From Ascidiella aspersa (Eukaryota): a stretch of DNA of 64,000 bases. A program made the position numbers and the translations under genes. The notes under the pieces are model-generated. The model worked only from the letters and a program-made list of their open reading frames with translations, did not search any database and had not been told where the DNA came from. The stretch lies in contig OZ004609.1 in the NCBI GenBank assembly GCA_963924565.1, forward strand, positions 26,102,001 to 26,166,000, given 5' to 3'. Shown here piece by piece: positions 37,201 through 50,500 of the stretch; within the stretch, counting starts at the first letter, position 1; each line of letters opens with the position of its first letter.

Positions 37201-39892
37201 CATATACAATTTTTAATTTAGAGGTACTTTTTTTATAGCCATCGACATTTTTTCGCACGATAAACATCTTTCATTTTTAATATATTTTTACTTTTACAAA
37301 CTTTTTCCTTTTTTACTGTTGTAGATCAACAAGTTTTGGGGCTAAATAGCTTAAAATATGTATATAATACATCAACATTTTGATTTGGGATTCAGAGAGG
37401 GAGTAATGTCGGTCTGTTAAAACTGTTCTATAGAGTATTTTATATTGTTGGCGTATAAAAACTATAAAAAATACATAAAGAAGTATTAGAAAGGTGTTTC
37501 ATATTGTTAATGCTTCTGTACACTAAGTGCTTTGATATTCATTCTATGTCTAACTACAATTCCAGTCATTATGCTCCAAAATACATTAATAGTATTTTTT
37601 AGGAGGTTATAACGTTTTTTACTATGTGGTGTTAAAATATGCTGAAAAATACACTACAGAGGTAAATTCTAAATTCTTAAAAGAGAAAAGTCACCAACCA
37701 CAAAAATCTGGGCAGACGAATTAAATCTATAAAAACAATTTTTTAGTATACAACAAAATATATTATACATGCTGTGTTACAGGCAAATCATATAGACTAA
37801 TTATTATTCTTTCTTGCCTAAATTTCTAAACCATTTATTAAATTCTGAGATGATTAACTTTAAGTTGAAGTCCTAAACTTTGATTAATATAAAAATACTG
37901 TTATTCTGCGTCAGCTAATAACATGAATAGTTGCGAGCAATAACGAAAATAAAAAACATTACTGCACAGCATCCCTACATAATAAACAATATTTTCAATT
38001 CTTTGCAACCTAAACCCTGACGTAATTAGTTTCATCTAAAACGAGTATTGGCCTTAAATGTATCTCGAAGAGGAACTAGTTGTTAGTGGGTTTTCCACAC
38101 TGAGACTCTGACCAAATATATTATCTTGCCTTTTTCTGCAAATTACCTGCCCAAGCAAAAAAACAGTCAGTCAGCATGAGTAACACAGCCATACCAGAGC
38201 GTTTTTTATTTAAAATTGGAGTGTTAACCATATATATATCATATATATTTAAAATTTTTAACCATTTACTTTTTGAAAGCAATAAATTAAACAAAATTGA
38301 ATTATCTCAGAGTTTACCTTTTACTTAAATTTTTACAAATATTTTTAAGGAATGAAAACAAACAGAGCATAACAGGCTAACTATTTTGTATGAAAAAATA
38401 CATGCCCCCAATTTGTGCCCTCTATAAAAACAAATACAAAAATATTTATTGTAGTCAAGTAAAAGAAATAATTTTTAGTTAAACACTTGAATACAAAATG
38501 GTTTTAAAATCAGGAAGTAGCTTTTCCGGGATTTGCACACTACTTTATCTTTTTCCCTGTTTTTTCAGTCAATTATAATTTTCAACGCTAGCCTTAAGTA
38601 CCTATAGAACAGACAATAAAAAGTTTTCCATGCCTTCGAACAGTTAGCACGCCTTTGCTGGCCGCAAAAAGCAAATAAACTGACTTTGCTGGCATGCCTC
38701 AACGACTAAACACCGCAAATCAGCATTTAGACTGATCATGGGTCTGTTACTGTACACTAAAGCCACATCCGTGGGTTAGCAGTCGATTTTCCGCACGTTT
38801 TCGCTTGCAAGGCGTAAACTTGAGGGTTGATGACGTACTCGGAAGGTAAATGTCACCGGCCAAGATCGCCCAGTACCTTCTCGATTACTCACGATTGGAT
38901 GAGTTGTCTGCCGATTGTTGCGTTGGGGCAACGTAAAGAACAGGAAAACTCCCGCGTGTGTAACCTTTACGAAATGCCGAAGCAAAACAAATGCGTTTGA
39001 AAGCTACATATCACGAAACGCGGCAGACATGCACTTCCAGAGGCTATTTTAGACGGAAGGAGTTTAATTAAAGGTACCGTGGATTATTTGAAGGGAATCG
39101 TGTTAGGCAAAATTAGATGCGCGTCGATCAGAGATGTAATCTGCTTATGTTGCTCTACTGCAATGCTACATTCAAGTCCCCACCATATTTAAAATGTATA
39201 TATTTCGTATCAAGGACCAACGCACAAATCTGGATTAGATAAGCTCCATATTCAGATGTTTTTATTTTTATATAAAAATATTAGATAACGGCTGCGATAC
39301 TGGGTATTGGCCTCGAAGGTTACTCCATCTCACGCAACCGGTTTTCTACGGTTAAGATGAAACATAACTGTAAGCAATGAGTCATTCCATGTCATAACAT
39401 TTATTAATTTTAACATATTGCGGTATACTGCAAAGTTATGCTGTTGTTTTTGAAATATGATTAAGTTTTTTTTAATATTTTTATATAAAAACATTATTGA
39501 ACTAGCTCCACTCAAGTTATTTTAAAAATAACAAAGATCTCAGGCATCCCGTTTACAAAAATGTTCAACGAAAAATTTTTGGGAATGCAAATGCACACTA
39601 AGCAAATCAACAAGCCTCACGAAAGGTTACGGGATAAACGTACTCAACTGAAATTAAAACCGAGACCTAAAAAACTAAATAAATGCTTAATATTTTTGTT
39701 TCTAGGCTCATTTTTTGTTTTTAAGGTCATTAAAAGATCCTTGGTAGTTGTTTCTTTTCTACTCTATTCGACTTTATTGAAAAACAGTGGTGCACTAGTA
39801 AAATTTTAAGCTTAACAACCCTTTTTATAACGTCACTTGTCAGCAACAACGCTGTTTCAATTGGACAATCAAATTAACCTCATTAACCTGGT

Positions 39893-39990
39893 GATGTGTG
39901 GTTTGTTTATGGTGTTTTGTGGGTTGTTTATGTTATTTTGTGTTTTGTTTCTGGTGTTTTGTGGATTGTTTCTGATGTTTTGTGGTTGGG
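39893..39990. repeat. Degenerate TG-rich minisatellite
   Basis: About 4 imperfect units like tgtttatggtgttttgtggg / tgtttctggtgttttgtgga / tgtttctgatgttttgtggt. Confidence 0.6.
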
Positions 39991-40341
39991 TAAAGTAAAA
40001 CAACCAGTTTTGTCAATTTAAAACCAAATCTGGAAAAATGTAATGCTTTTGATACCCCTTTTTACTTGTTACGTTACCCCTTGGGGTTCGTGGCCCCAGG
40101 ATTGGAACCACTGCAATCAAACAAACCACACAACACATTGGCATCAGATTTTCGTACATTTAAATTTTTCATATATTTGTGTACATTTATATAGAAACAG
40201 GACTTAGTTTAACTTCGTTACTGTCGTCGACCATAGTTCACAGGAGTGGGCCTAAGTGTATAGAACACAAACCTATTTTCGCATTCCCAGTGTGGCGCGC
40301 GTTTGCCGCACAAAACAAAAAGCTGCCCTGCGTTTGCGCGA

Positions 40342-40391
40342 CGGAAGTGACGCGCGAGCGCTTCTCGGCCAGCGCTGGGGCGGAAGTGACG
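40342..40391 (+). promoter_or_regulatory. Duplicated ETS-CRE composite motif (CGGAAGTGACG x2) with a GC box
   Basis: Exact 11-mers at 40342-40352 and 40381-40391; GGGGCGG at 40377-40383. Confidence 0.45.
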
Positions 40392-40931
40392 TGGTGAAAG
40401 CGGCGCCGGGACTCGAGCTGCGTCAGGTGTTGTTCCTGTCCGCTATGGAACAGCCATAAGCTGACGGAATCCACCTGCGTCCAATGCACGCGTCCTTCCG
40501 TCGACCCAAAGCACGGCTGTAACATCAAACGCATTTGCGCCATGGTTACCATACATTGGCCATCAAGCGACGCTCTTTGTTTGGAGCGACGATCCGTCCA
40601 CAAGACCATCCCGGATCAGCAATGTTTTGGCTACAGGCGACGCGTCGTTTGCTGAGATGAACCCGCTTGCTGCGGATGCTGTTCAGGGGTCCTTTACGTT
40701 TAGCATGATTGACTGTGCATTTGCTGTTTTTTTTTGCGGGATTTTGAGTTTCCTTGTTGCCTGGCGCGTTGCGAAACCCCCATAAAGAAACACTTAGAGT
40801 ATAATACTTTGGAAGGTCTAACCCGAATCTGTTGACCTCCAGGACACAGATATGTTCATTCTTATTAGGAGTACGCTCATTACTTTTTGTTAACTATACG
40901 ACTTTCATGAGGAGTAAGACTAACTTTAATC

Positions 40932-40934
<3 letters not shown>

Positions 40935-40962
<28 letters not shown>
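40935..40962. repeat. (AT)n microsatellite
   Basis: Uninterrupted AT dinucleotide run. Confidence 0.95.
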
Positions 40963-40965
<3 letters not shown>

Positions 40966-43890
40966 AACTTCTTAGAGACAATACATTAGGGCAGTTGCTT
41001 CTTTTTTACTTGCGACACACCAACAAAACTAAAAATAATTCAGCGGCACACTCACGAATTACATGTCAAAAATTTAGAGTCGCACCCTTTTTCAAATTTC
41101 GAATCAGAAAACATTGAAAGAATATTGCATATTCAAAAACTTAAACCTAATAAATAGGCTTTTTGCTTTTTTGCTAATTTTTTTTTTTTTTTGGAACAAA
41201 AGCAAAATTAATTTATTCAATCACAAAATGCCAGTAATACATTTAAAATATTTTTTTTCTGAGTTCAAGCGCGTGGATAATCTTCCTTTCCACTTCGGTA
41301 TGTTTAAACAAATGTTGTATATTTATACTCATGTTTTTTTAGTTTTAAACTTGAAGAAAAGATCATACAGCTTGATTTTTGCATAAAGACAAAACGCCTG
41401 CCTTTATGAAATGTACATTTTTCGTGTTAATTCCACCGCTCTACACCAACAAGAGAATGCATATGCGACGCGTCCACGGCTTTTAACACAGGATTGCGTT
41501 TTACAGCTGAAGCACATTGTATAAATGTACAACGTCATTGTATAAATGTACAACGGTTGCGACGCTTGAAAATCAAATGTTGGCGTCCAGCACAAGTCCA
41601 GGCCTTGTCGTTACAAGAAGCCCCACTAAGCAGGGATGTCTTGCCAGTACTATATAGTGGTCGCTATAAGTACACATTCCTCGGCCGTTTCGACAATGGC
41701 GTTTTGACCTTGACGACCCTTGATAAAACTTAATTTATTGCATATAAGTTTTTTGCAGGCTAATACCAGAACAATCAGAAATAGGGTGCACAGCCAGCAA
41801 GCAAAGGTACGTCCTTCAAAATTCGGAGTATTGTTTGGAAATGTGGCAGTGCAAGCAGATTTCGTCGGGCGAATGGTCCCAGGCCGGATACTGACGGACC
41901 CATTTTTGTGCTAGATTGACGCCCATCAATTATGGGCAGATGGGACAGATTGCTTTTATTCCATTCGAGGCTAACATTTAACGTCCGCCAAGTGGCATTT
42001 CACGGCGAGGAAGCCCCTGTGCCTTCACGTGCACATCTCGACTGGCCAATTCCGCCGCCTGTGTGACTAAGACTGCATTTGACATTCAAATCATCGCGCT
42101 GCCGACCGCAGGCATTTCGCAGATCGCACTGATTGAACACTTTTCCGCCTTTTGACATTTTTGTAACGTTGCCTGCTAACGGAAAAGCCCCCCAGTTGTA
42201 CGGCATTTTGCACATCGACGTGCGGCGGCAACGCCCTGTGTTCGGCTGCGCTGCGTTTTGCAGGATTCAACACGTCAACCCATTCCTGAACACATCAATG
42301 TTAGTGCACAACGACAACGGACTCTACATTTATATTGTCGAAATCTTTTTTTCAAGCCGAACTTTAGGCGTAAGCTTAACAGTTCGGCAATGATACACCT
42401 AAATTAACAAAATGTTGTGATTCTGTTTAGTTTTGGTCTGTATTATCACTATAGATATTGAATCGCTATAATCTTGATTTGCTACTTGTGTCAAAAACAA
42501 CTTAGCTTTTGTCACATCACTGTTGTGAAATAATTAATTAATCCCTAAAAAAAAATTAATTGGATTTTGATAGATGTCACATTCTAAACATGGTTGGAAG
42601 GCACTGATTCTAAGTATGTAGTTCAGAAATCTCTTCTAAAAACTTGTAAAAAGAAGGATTAGTGTCTTGAACTGCATATTTTTGCAACGTTGCATTAAAA
42701 ACAGAAGATTTTCCCCTGTATTTTGGCTTTTGAACGTTTTTTTTTGGCTCTAAAAGTCAAAATTTCAATAATATCATTGTTAAAAATTCGTCGGATTTCG
42801 TTTTTTCGTTTAACTGAATAACAACCATACTGTAAGGGCCTTTCCCACGGGTTCCACACTTCAAGTACAATCCGAGCTCGCAGCAAAAAGCGGATCGAAT
42901 CGTTTGCGGTCGGGCGGCAGATGCTCGAACCGTGTCGGCGAGTCATCATCTGTGACTGATCCCTTGTTTAGCCTAATGACGAATGACCAAGTTATGAGGT
43001 GTGGCGCCCGCCTAAAACCGGACGAGAGTGGGGTGGGCTTTTTGTAATGCGACCAGCGTGCCGTGCCCGATGTACCTTTCCGCTCGCCAGAGCCGCTTTC
43101 TAATTAATTTTTGGCACGAAATGAGAAAGGCCAATGTCAGAAAGCCGAACGGTTTACTTTTTTCCCACGCCGCATGGAAATCCCTTGCTTCCGCTTAGCA
43201 CGTTGCCAAATGACGTTTGCATATGGGATCCGCCGCCGTTGTTGGTTAATCCATCATTCGCGTTAACTGGCGCTGCCTCGATCCATCTCAATCTTCGCGC
43301 CAGGCAAGGCAAGTCGGCCCTCTCCTTTCCAGATGGGCAAGGCCTGACGGGTCGCGCCGATAGCGACAAGAAATTAATAAGGCCGCGCTTGGCGGACCCG
43401 GGTTCGGCGGCGGCGAAGATTCGATTTCGCCCGGGCGGCCCGCATATAGGAACAAGGGTCGCGACTTTCGGCGCGCGCCGGCGACTCTAATGCGATTTGC
43501 ACTGACCGTGCGAGGTCGGGCGCCGCGGCCTGCGCATCGATTGACACCGAAATCGCGCCCAAATAGCCCCCGACGCGCCTCTTTAATTTGCCTTAGGCAA
43601 CCTTCGCTGCCAGTATTTAGTGCACGCCATCGTTTTACCCCCCCCCCCCCATCTCCCGTCCCTTAACTGTGACGACATATGCGCTGACCTCAGCGTTGTC
43701 CAGGCGTAACGCCACTCGCGACCCCCCCATTAACCCCGCTTTCGGAATTTGTAAGGACGATCGTTCCCGCGGGCGACGCACGAATCACCTTTCAGCGCCT
43801 TAATTGAGAGGCTTAATCCGCGCTTTTTTCTCGTTTTTTTTTATGCGATACTTATCCGTTTTAGGAGATTGGTTCGTCAACAAGATTCCT

Positions 43891-43960
43891 AAAGGAGTTT
43901 GAATTTAAAAGCAAAGGAGTTTGAATTTAAAAAGTAAAGGAGTTTCAATTTAAAAAAGTA
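43891..43960. repeat. Tandem repeat, 3 x ~23 bp (aaaggagtttgaatttaaaa)
   Basis: Three near-identical units differing mainly in A-run length. Confidence 0.9.
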
Positions 43961-44332
43961 GTATATAAATTGATTTTTAAATTAACCTTGATTGCGTTAC
44001 CGTTACAGGCCTACTACATCGATACGTGAATGATTTCAAAAGAGTACATCTTCGGAGTAAACCGTTGATATAATGTACAGTCTCATTTGAAAGACAATGG
44101 TTGCTTTCTTCGCGAACAAAAATCCTAGGTTAAGTAAACTTCGTCTAAGTTCGTCGAACAGGCTTTTTATGAACTCGCCTAAAGCGTCCGCGAGGTGACA
44201 CGACGAACACAATAGAGTCGCCGTTATCCAAATGAATACGCTGTAAACGATATATGACCGCCCCCCTTTACAGCTACTGTACACTTATACATCAAGTTGC
44301 TTCCTGTTTTGTAAAGAAAGTGTCGCTTATAA

Positions 44333-44571
44333 CAGTGGTCTCCAACCTATAGGTCGCGACCCCATGTCGGGTCGTCCAAACAAGTATATTAAAAGTGTGA
44401 AAAATTAAAATAATATTGTGTTTTTTTTGTTGAAATTAAATCGAAGTATTAATTTAAACTTCTTATTTTGGTACGCATGTGCAGCCATAGCTCTCTGAAC
44501 CTCTAAAAACAAACTGGGGTCGCTTGTAAATGCTGATTGGGGTCGGGTAATAAAAAGGTTGGAGACCACTG
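44333..44571. mobile_element. hAT-type MITE
   Basis: Perfect 16-bp TIR cagtggtctccaacct/aggttggagaccactg, subterminal ggtcgcgacccc/ggggtcg; TSD not recognisable. Confidence 0.8.
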
Positions 44572-47500
44572 CCGACCTGAAAATAGCAAAAGTGCGATTT
44601 AGGTAGAAACGAAATAGAGTTTAGAACTGTTTTAAGCCTGCCAAAATTTTTATGATCATTAAATGCAAATTTTTGAGGTATTTTGGGGCATCGTTACCTG
44701 AAATAAACGTCATAAGCTCACGTATACTTTTGAAAAAATCGCAAATAAAATTCATAAAGTTCTTTTCAAGGGTAACGCTATATAAAAGTTTGGAAACACG
44801 GGTTTTATATCCTCCCAAATCAAGTGATTTGTTTTTCGATCAGCCGCCGTTCAGACCCAACAGAACCAGCAACCCGAACGATACCACGCCAAGGCGATTG
44901 CGGTCGTGTCGACGCAGCGTATACTGTGGCTGGCATTGTGCCCCGGCAATGATTCGGCATTCGGCGCAATCCAGCTGTCACATTGGTTGACGGTCTAAAT
45001 TAACCGCCACGCCGCTGCCCAAACCGCCATCAACTTTTCGCGACTTTGGCAATCCGCAGTAAGGCTTGTGCATCACGCTCCCAACACGCGCCCGCTGCAC
45101 GTGTGCTGTTGTTTACTACCACGAAACGCGGGGAAGTGTTTGGGATTGCTGGCGGTACGGGGGGAGAGGTGGCGTGGAGGGTGCGCGGCGCAAGTTGTGT
45201 GGAGTGGGGGAGGGAGGGGTGAGGCGTGCGTGGTGCAGGTTAGGCTTCAACTCTGACATGCCACACGGTCTGGCTGCCGACAGGATGGCTTGGGTTTCAT
45301 CTCGCGGCCGCGCGGACAATGGGCCGACGACGAATTGCGCGTGTTCGCCTGTTCCGGAGTGACAAACTTTCGTTGCGCGGCCCGCTGCAAAAGGGGGAGG
45401 TGTGGGTGCAAGGCTTCGCAACTTTCTTGCGCGCGGCCAACTCTGGCATATTAAGGCGCCTGCAGCCGAAAGGACTTGTTAGCTTGTTTCGCTAGGTTTT
45501 ACCTAAGTAGATGCCAAAACACTTAACATTCTACTTTTAACTTTCCTTTCATATCAGTCGGCAAACGTTGGAAAGAGAACTTAATAAGGAAACTTTAACA
45601 ACCTTAATAAAAATAGAGTTCTGGGCCACCAAAATGGCCTTCTTTGGAGCTTTTTTGCGTTTTCCAGGAATGCAGTGTATGGGGCGCACGCCGCGGTTTG
45701 AGCGGTTAGCGAACTCCAATTGCGCGTGCGTTAAATGCCGTTTGCGGTTGCGAGCCCCGATTGTTTCGCCTCGATTTCAGTCTCGTCAATGGAGTGCGCT
45801 GCCAATGCCCGATCAACAGGGTTTTCGATTAGCGAACATGGGTGTGAAGCATCTAATGGCCTTGTTACGCAAAACGAGACTCGAATGCAACGCGCGACAT
45901 GCGGTGGTGCGAGATGGCTTGTAACTTATATATGCTGTATATATATCGATTTTATTTTTAATGTTTCATAACGAATCACCGTCATGTATAATAAACACAG
46001 TTTTCAATACTAAATATTTGCTTTTCAATACTGAATATAGCATATTTTGTTGGTCAACCGCTGTTTTATAACATCTGGCGAAAGTTCGTTCGTGATATAC
46101 AATAACTTCAGTATACTTGTAAGCGTTTGTAAACTTCTCACTCGGAAAACACAAAGCTTTAAAGCAAGGCAATGTGTGTTTCATGTGGCCGCGGATACAT
46201 ATGGCGGGTGTAGACGTCGAGTTACAAAATACAGCTGCCTTAATCTCACCTTCGAGAAGACACAAATCACTGAAAGGCAAGACCTGGTGCGCAATGCTTT
46301 TCCGCGGTCACATATGTTACGAAACTGACATGGTTTAGGGGAAAAACGTTTAGGTTTCTTTGATATTGGCTGACAGTTTGAGGCGAATTTTTACGTCGGC
46401 CGAGTGTTTTGTTGTTTAGCATTAACGCGCACAAATATTTACGAGTGTACATTAAAACCAAAAGTTTATAAATCCGACCAAACTCATTTGTTCATCGTTG
46501 TAGTTGTGGAAAACGTTCTGAGATTTCGGCTCTCAGGTTTCGGTTAGGCTGAGAGTATCCCAAACTATTCCTATTTTACATTTGATCTCCCTTTTTCACT
46601 TCAGTCGCCTAGTATTTTCTGCTTTTATAGTTTTACGTAATACAATGGCAAGACGCCTCGTGTAGCACTCATCCGACAGGGCGTAAATCAGGTTCCCTAC
46701 TATTTAGAGTAATACCTTGGCCAACCATAGGTAGCCCAAGGTGTTATTTGAAAAAAACGCAATGTTTGGTGCGCAGGTGTACCTCTTCCGTGTAAGTGGA
46801 CTGCACAGTGATCGGTCATCGCCATGAGCGCGAATGTCGGGAACGGCTCGCGGAAGACGCTGCATTATGGATGGACGCGGGCCTTGTACTTTTAATCGCG
46901 TGTGACGCGATATATTATTCATAACGGGACCTTCGGAAGGCGCCGGGCAGCGCGGTGAACGCGGCCAAAAATCTGACGACAGTTCCGATCGCCAAATTGA
47001 CTTGTCGTGTCGGGGCCCACCCGACGGCATGGCGCAGGCGCGGACAGGCCGCAGCTCGGGCGCAGAAAAGCTCGTGGGAATCTGTAGGTCGGTACGTCAC
47101 GTGATTCGTCACGCGCCGCTTGCGCCCGTCAACGGCGCCCGGGCGAAAATGAAGTTTTCTTGTCGCCGATGTTCATGGTCGCCGGGCCCCGGGTCTCTGC
47201 GCGCTAATGCGCTTAGGGCTGTTTCGCGACACCAAAATAAGCCGAAATAAGCCGAAGGCGAAACCCGGAATCGGTCGCGTGTGACGTCAACGCGAGCGAC
47301 CCCGAGCCCTGTCGCCCGGGGAATTCCCAAAGCGACAGTGTAGACCGCGGATTGCTCGGCGGGCGGCCTTCGGTTATCTGTGTGAAAACTGCAAAAATGT
47401 TCGCGTTGAATGTTTTCCGCCTCTGCTACGAAATACCGCGCTCGTCAACGGGTGTTTGACCCTCAAGTCAAAAGGAGATTTTATTAACACTACAGACCAT

Positions 47501-50500
47501 AGAGAGTTAATGACCATAGCAATGTCGTCATTTGGTATCAGATTGGACGGCTGTACGTTTTGCCTAAAATATTCGGAATCTGCAGTGGCATCAGCCGGAG
47601 TCGTTCGATGGTAAGTTAAATCGCCTCGTCAACGTGAAGGTGGCCAACTGGCCAAACACATCAACAACTTTCTTTGGGCCACAATTCGGACTAGTTTACA
47701 TGTAAAGATGAAAAAAAACGAGCGGTGGAAATAAGGTCGATGGCCGAGCATCAGGCGAGTTCCGAAAATATCGGCGCACATCTGGGAGTTCGCTCGGCAA
47801 GATTCCAGCAAAATCCGAGCCTCGAAGACCAGCCACGCACCCGGGATATTTAGCTCGAGGCCTCATTAAGCAGAACGGCAACGTACATAATATTCTCATT
47901 ACGCGGGGGCCCAGGGATGGGCGCGGTGAGGCAGCCTAGCGCCGCCGTCGCCTATACTCGACAAAAAGCACCAGCCGCCGCGTCCGCCGCAAATCCAATG
48001 TCACAAATGTCAGCTTCACTTTCGTCTCGGGCCGGCGGGGGCGGTCCGGCATTAATCTGCGCGCCCGAGATAGTCATCTCACCCTGACAGCTCGTTAATA
48101 ATAAGAGACAGAACGTAATTCAGTATTCATTAGGCGCCCAGGAGCCTTTTGGCGCGTGCCGCTTTTGGCATTAAACACAGACGAAGGTTCGCGCTTGCAT
48201 CGTATATTTTTCAGCATTAAATTCGAGCGAATTTCGATTCCAGTCGTCGGCGCCGAAATGCCAGGGCCTGGCACGTGTTTTTCTGACCTTGGTCGCGAAA
48301 GGTCGCGTCGTGAAAACGTGCGACACATCGCGCGGTGAGCGCGTTTTAAATTCGCTTTCCAGGCTTAATTCTCTGCATGTGAGTCTATACGTTCAATTCC
48401 TGGCTTCCGCTCGATTTCCACATTAAATACCAGTTCAGACGTCCAGTGTAAAGTAATGTGTAATATTAAATTAGTTACGTCTCTTAAAGATCTTCTTTAT
48501 CTGATTGTTTTTATCATGCAACATTTTGAGACATCGGATGGTATGCCAACCTTAAGGCTTAAGGTCGGGGGTGTACAAACTAATTTTTTTCTAATTTTTT
48601 GCATACACTTAAACTAAACAACGCGACGTAATGACAAGATGTATTTTTTTTAACTTTAAACAATTGCTGTTTCTGTTTAACTGCGTTCGCAAAAAGACAC
48701 AAAAAACGGAAAGAAAATCTCAATATAATCAACAAAAATACTTCTGTTCAACAACGATAGCGTTAGACTTTGCCATTTCTAATAAAAGCAGCACATCGAA
48801 TTTTTTTTCAAAGACTTCAGAAAAGCAAGACCCCGCGTGCTCACAGGCACACATATCGCGCGAATTCACGGCCGCGTAATTTCACGGCTGCGCGTTGCTT
48901 ACTGCCCGGCGTCAAGCATCAAGGCACTTGACTCTGCATAATTCACGGCGAGGCCGCGAGCGCTGACTCCTTGTTTACGGATCGCGTCAAGTCGCGGGCC
49001 TTGGCGCTGACAAGTCACGTGACTCGGTCGAGGGCCCCTCGCGGCGCTGCCAAGACCCCTCGGGCTCGGCTTTAGCGCTCGGGATGTGGAATTAAACCTT
49101 AATCCGCGACCTTTGCGTCCGCTTGTTTGGCGAAAACGAACAAGCGAACGGACTAAGTTACGCGCCGCACGATTTTTTTCGGCCTCGGTAAGAGAGTTTT
49201 AAAAACCTGAAAGGTGCAACGAGCGATTTCCACGACCGCACCCACTAAAGGTCGACTCTCAATCAATCTCCTTCCCTTGGTTAATTCCCTTTTAAGACAG
49301 GCGTCTTACCCTCAGCGAGCGGCGTTGTAATAAAACCACGCGAGAAATCATTAAAGCAAGGGACTGAAACACGCGAAACATTTGTAACATGCAATGGAGT
49401 TTATTGTTTTAAATAAATAATCTCTTTCAGTAGCTCGTGTGTTTCAGTGTGCTGAGGCAAATAGCTTATGTTCAGCAATGAATTCAAACCTAAAATTTGC
49501 TAATTGATCTTTTGTAATTTCTAGTAATCCACTGTACTGTTGACCTCGAGTAGTATATTTTGCCCCTGAGACCATTCGTTTAAAGTACCATGCCTGTCGC
49601 AAGTAACCGCCAAACCGTAATGTTTGGATGAAAACCTCTATTGTGCTTAAAAGGATACCGCAGGATACCGAAATATTCTGTGGCAACATAATATCACATA
49701 CATAGGCCTGCGTGCCTTTGCAATCTATTACAACAAGTCAGTCAACTCGATTGCCGTGTCACTGCGTCGCTTTAACGAAGACGCGCAGTTGCATGAAAGG
49801 CATCAGGTAGCGCGTGCAAATACCTGCCACAATTTCAAATCAAGGTCGAATTTAATAGTATGATGGTTGGCAAATGCAGTGAGACGAGACAAAAGCAAAA
49901 AACCAACGCCCATACATAAGAGGAAAACACAGTTTACCTATTTAAATGGATTTTAAATTCTGTAGTGAAATGAACGAATAGAGATAAATTCTAATGCAGA
50001 CAGGCGGTCCTTTTGATTTGAGGTTTTTAATGCTAGCAAAATATAAGAGGGTTTTATTAGGGAATGTTATGCGTATTTCGGGCCTAAAAACGAAACATCC
50101 ATCAGGTACAACATAGTGTCTGCCGTCACCCAAAAGCATTGTATAACCAGTGCAGATTTGACTGATCCAAGTGAACCCCACACGTTTCGCATGCCTTTGT
50201 TGCTATAAATCCGTTCGCCACTATTGCCATCGACAACACAAGATTAGCTAGGATCATCCGAGAGAGACCAGCCAAATGTAAACAAGCAAATCGGTTAAGG
50301 TTTACCGGTCTTACTGCGGTCAAGTTCGGACACGGCACTCACTTTAAAGCAACGACTGTTCTTCAGAAGTGAAACGAAGCAAGGCCCGGATTATCCATAG
50401 CTGTTATGTACAACTTTGGACTGCGTTCTAGGTGTGTGTACATGCCGTACGTCATGCAACCTTGAAATATGGACTTTAGTTTTTAAGTCCTATACACAAT

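Noticed and set aside
40810-40826. ggaaggtctaacccg resembling RNase P CR-I or a telomerase template
   Set aside because: Match too short; no CR-V partner and no template longer than one repeat.
43891-43960. Short repeats here and at 5226-5335 as CRISPR-like arrays
   Set aside because: No unique spacers, eukaryotic context, no cas genes; simple tandem duplications.
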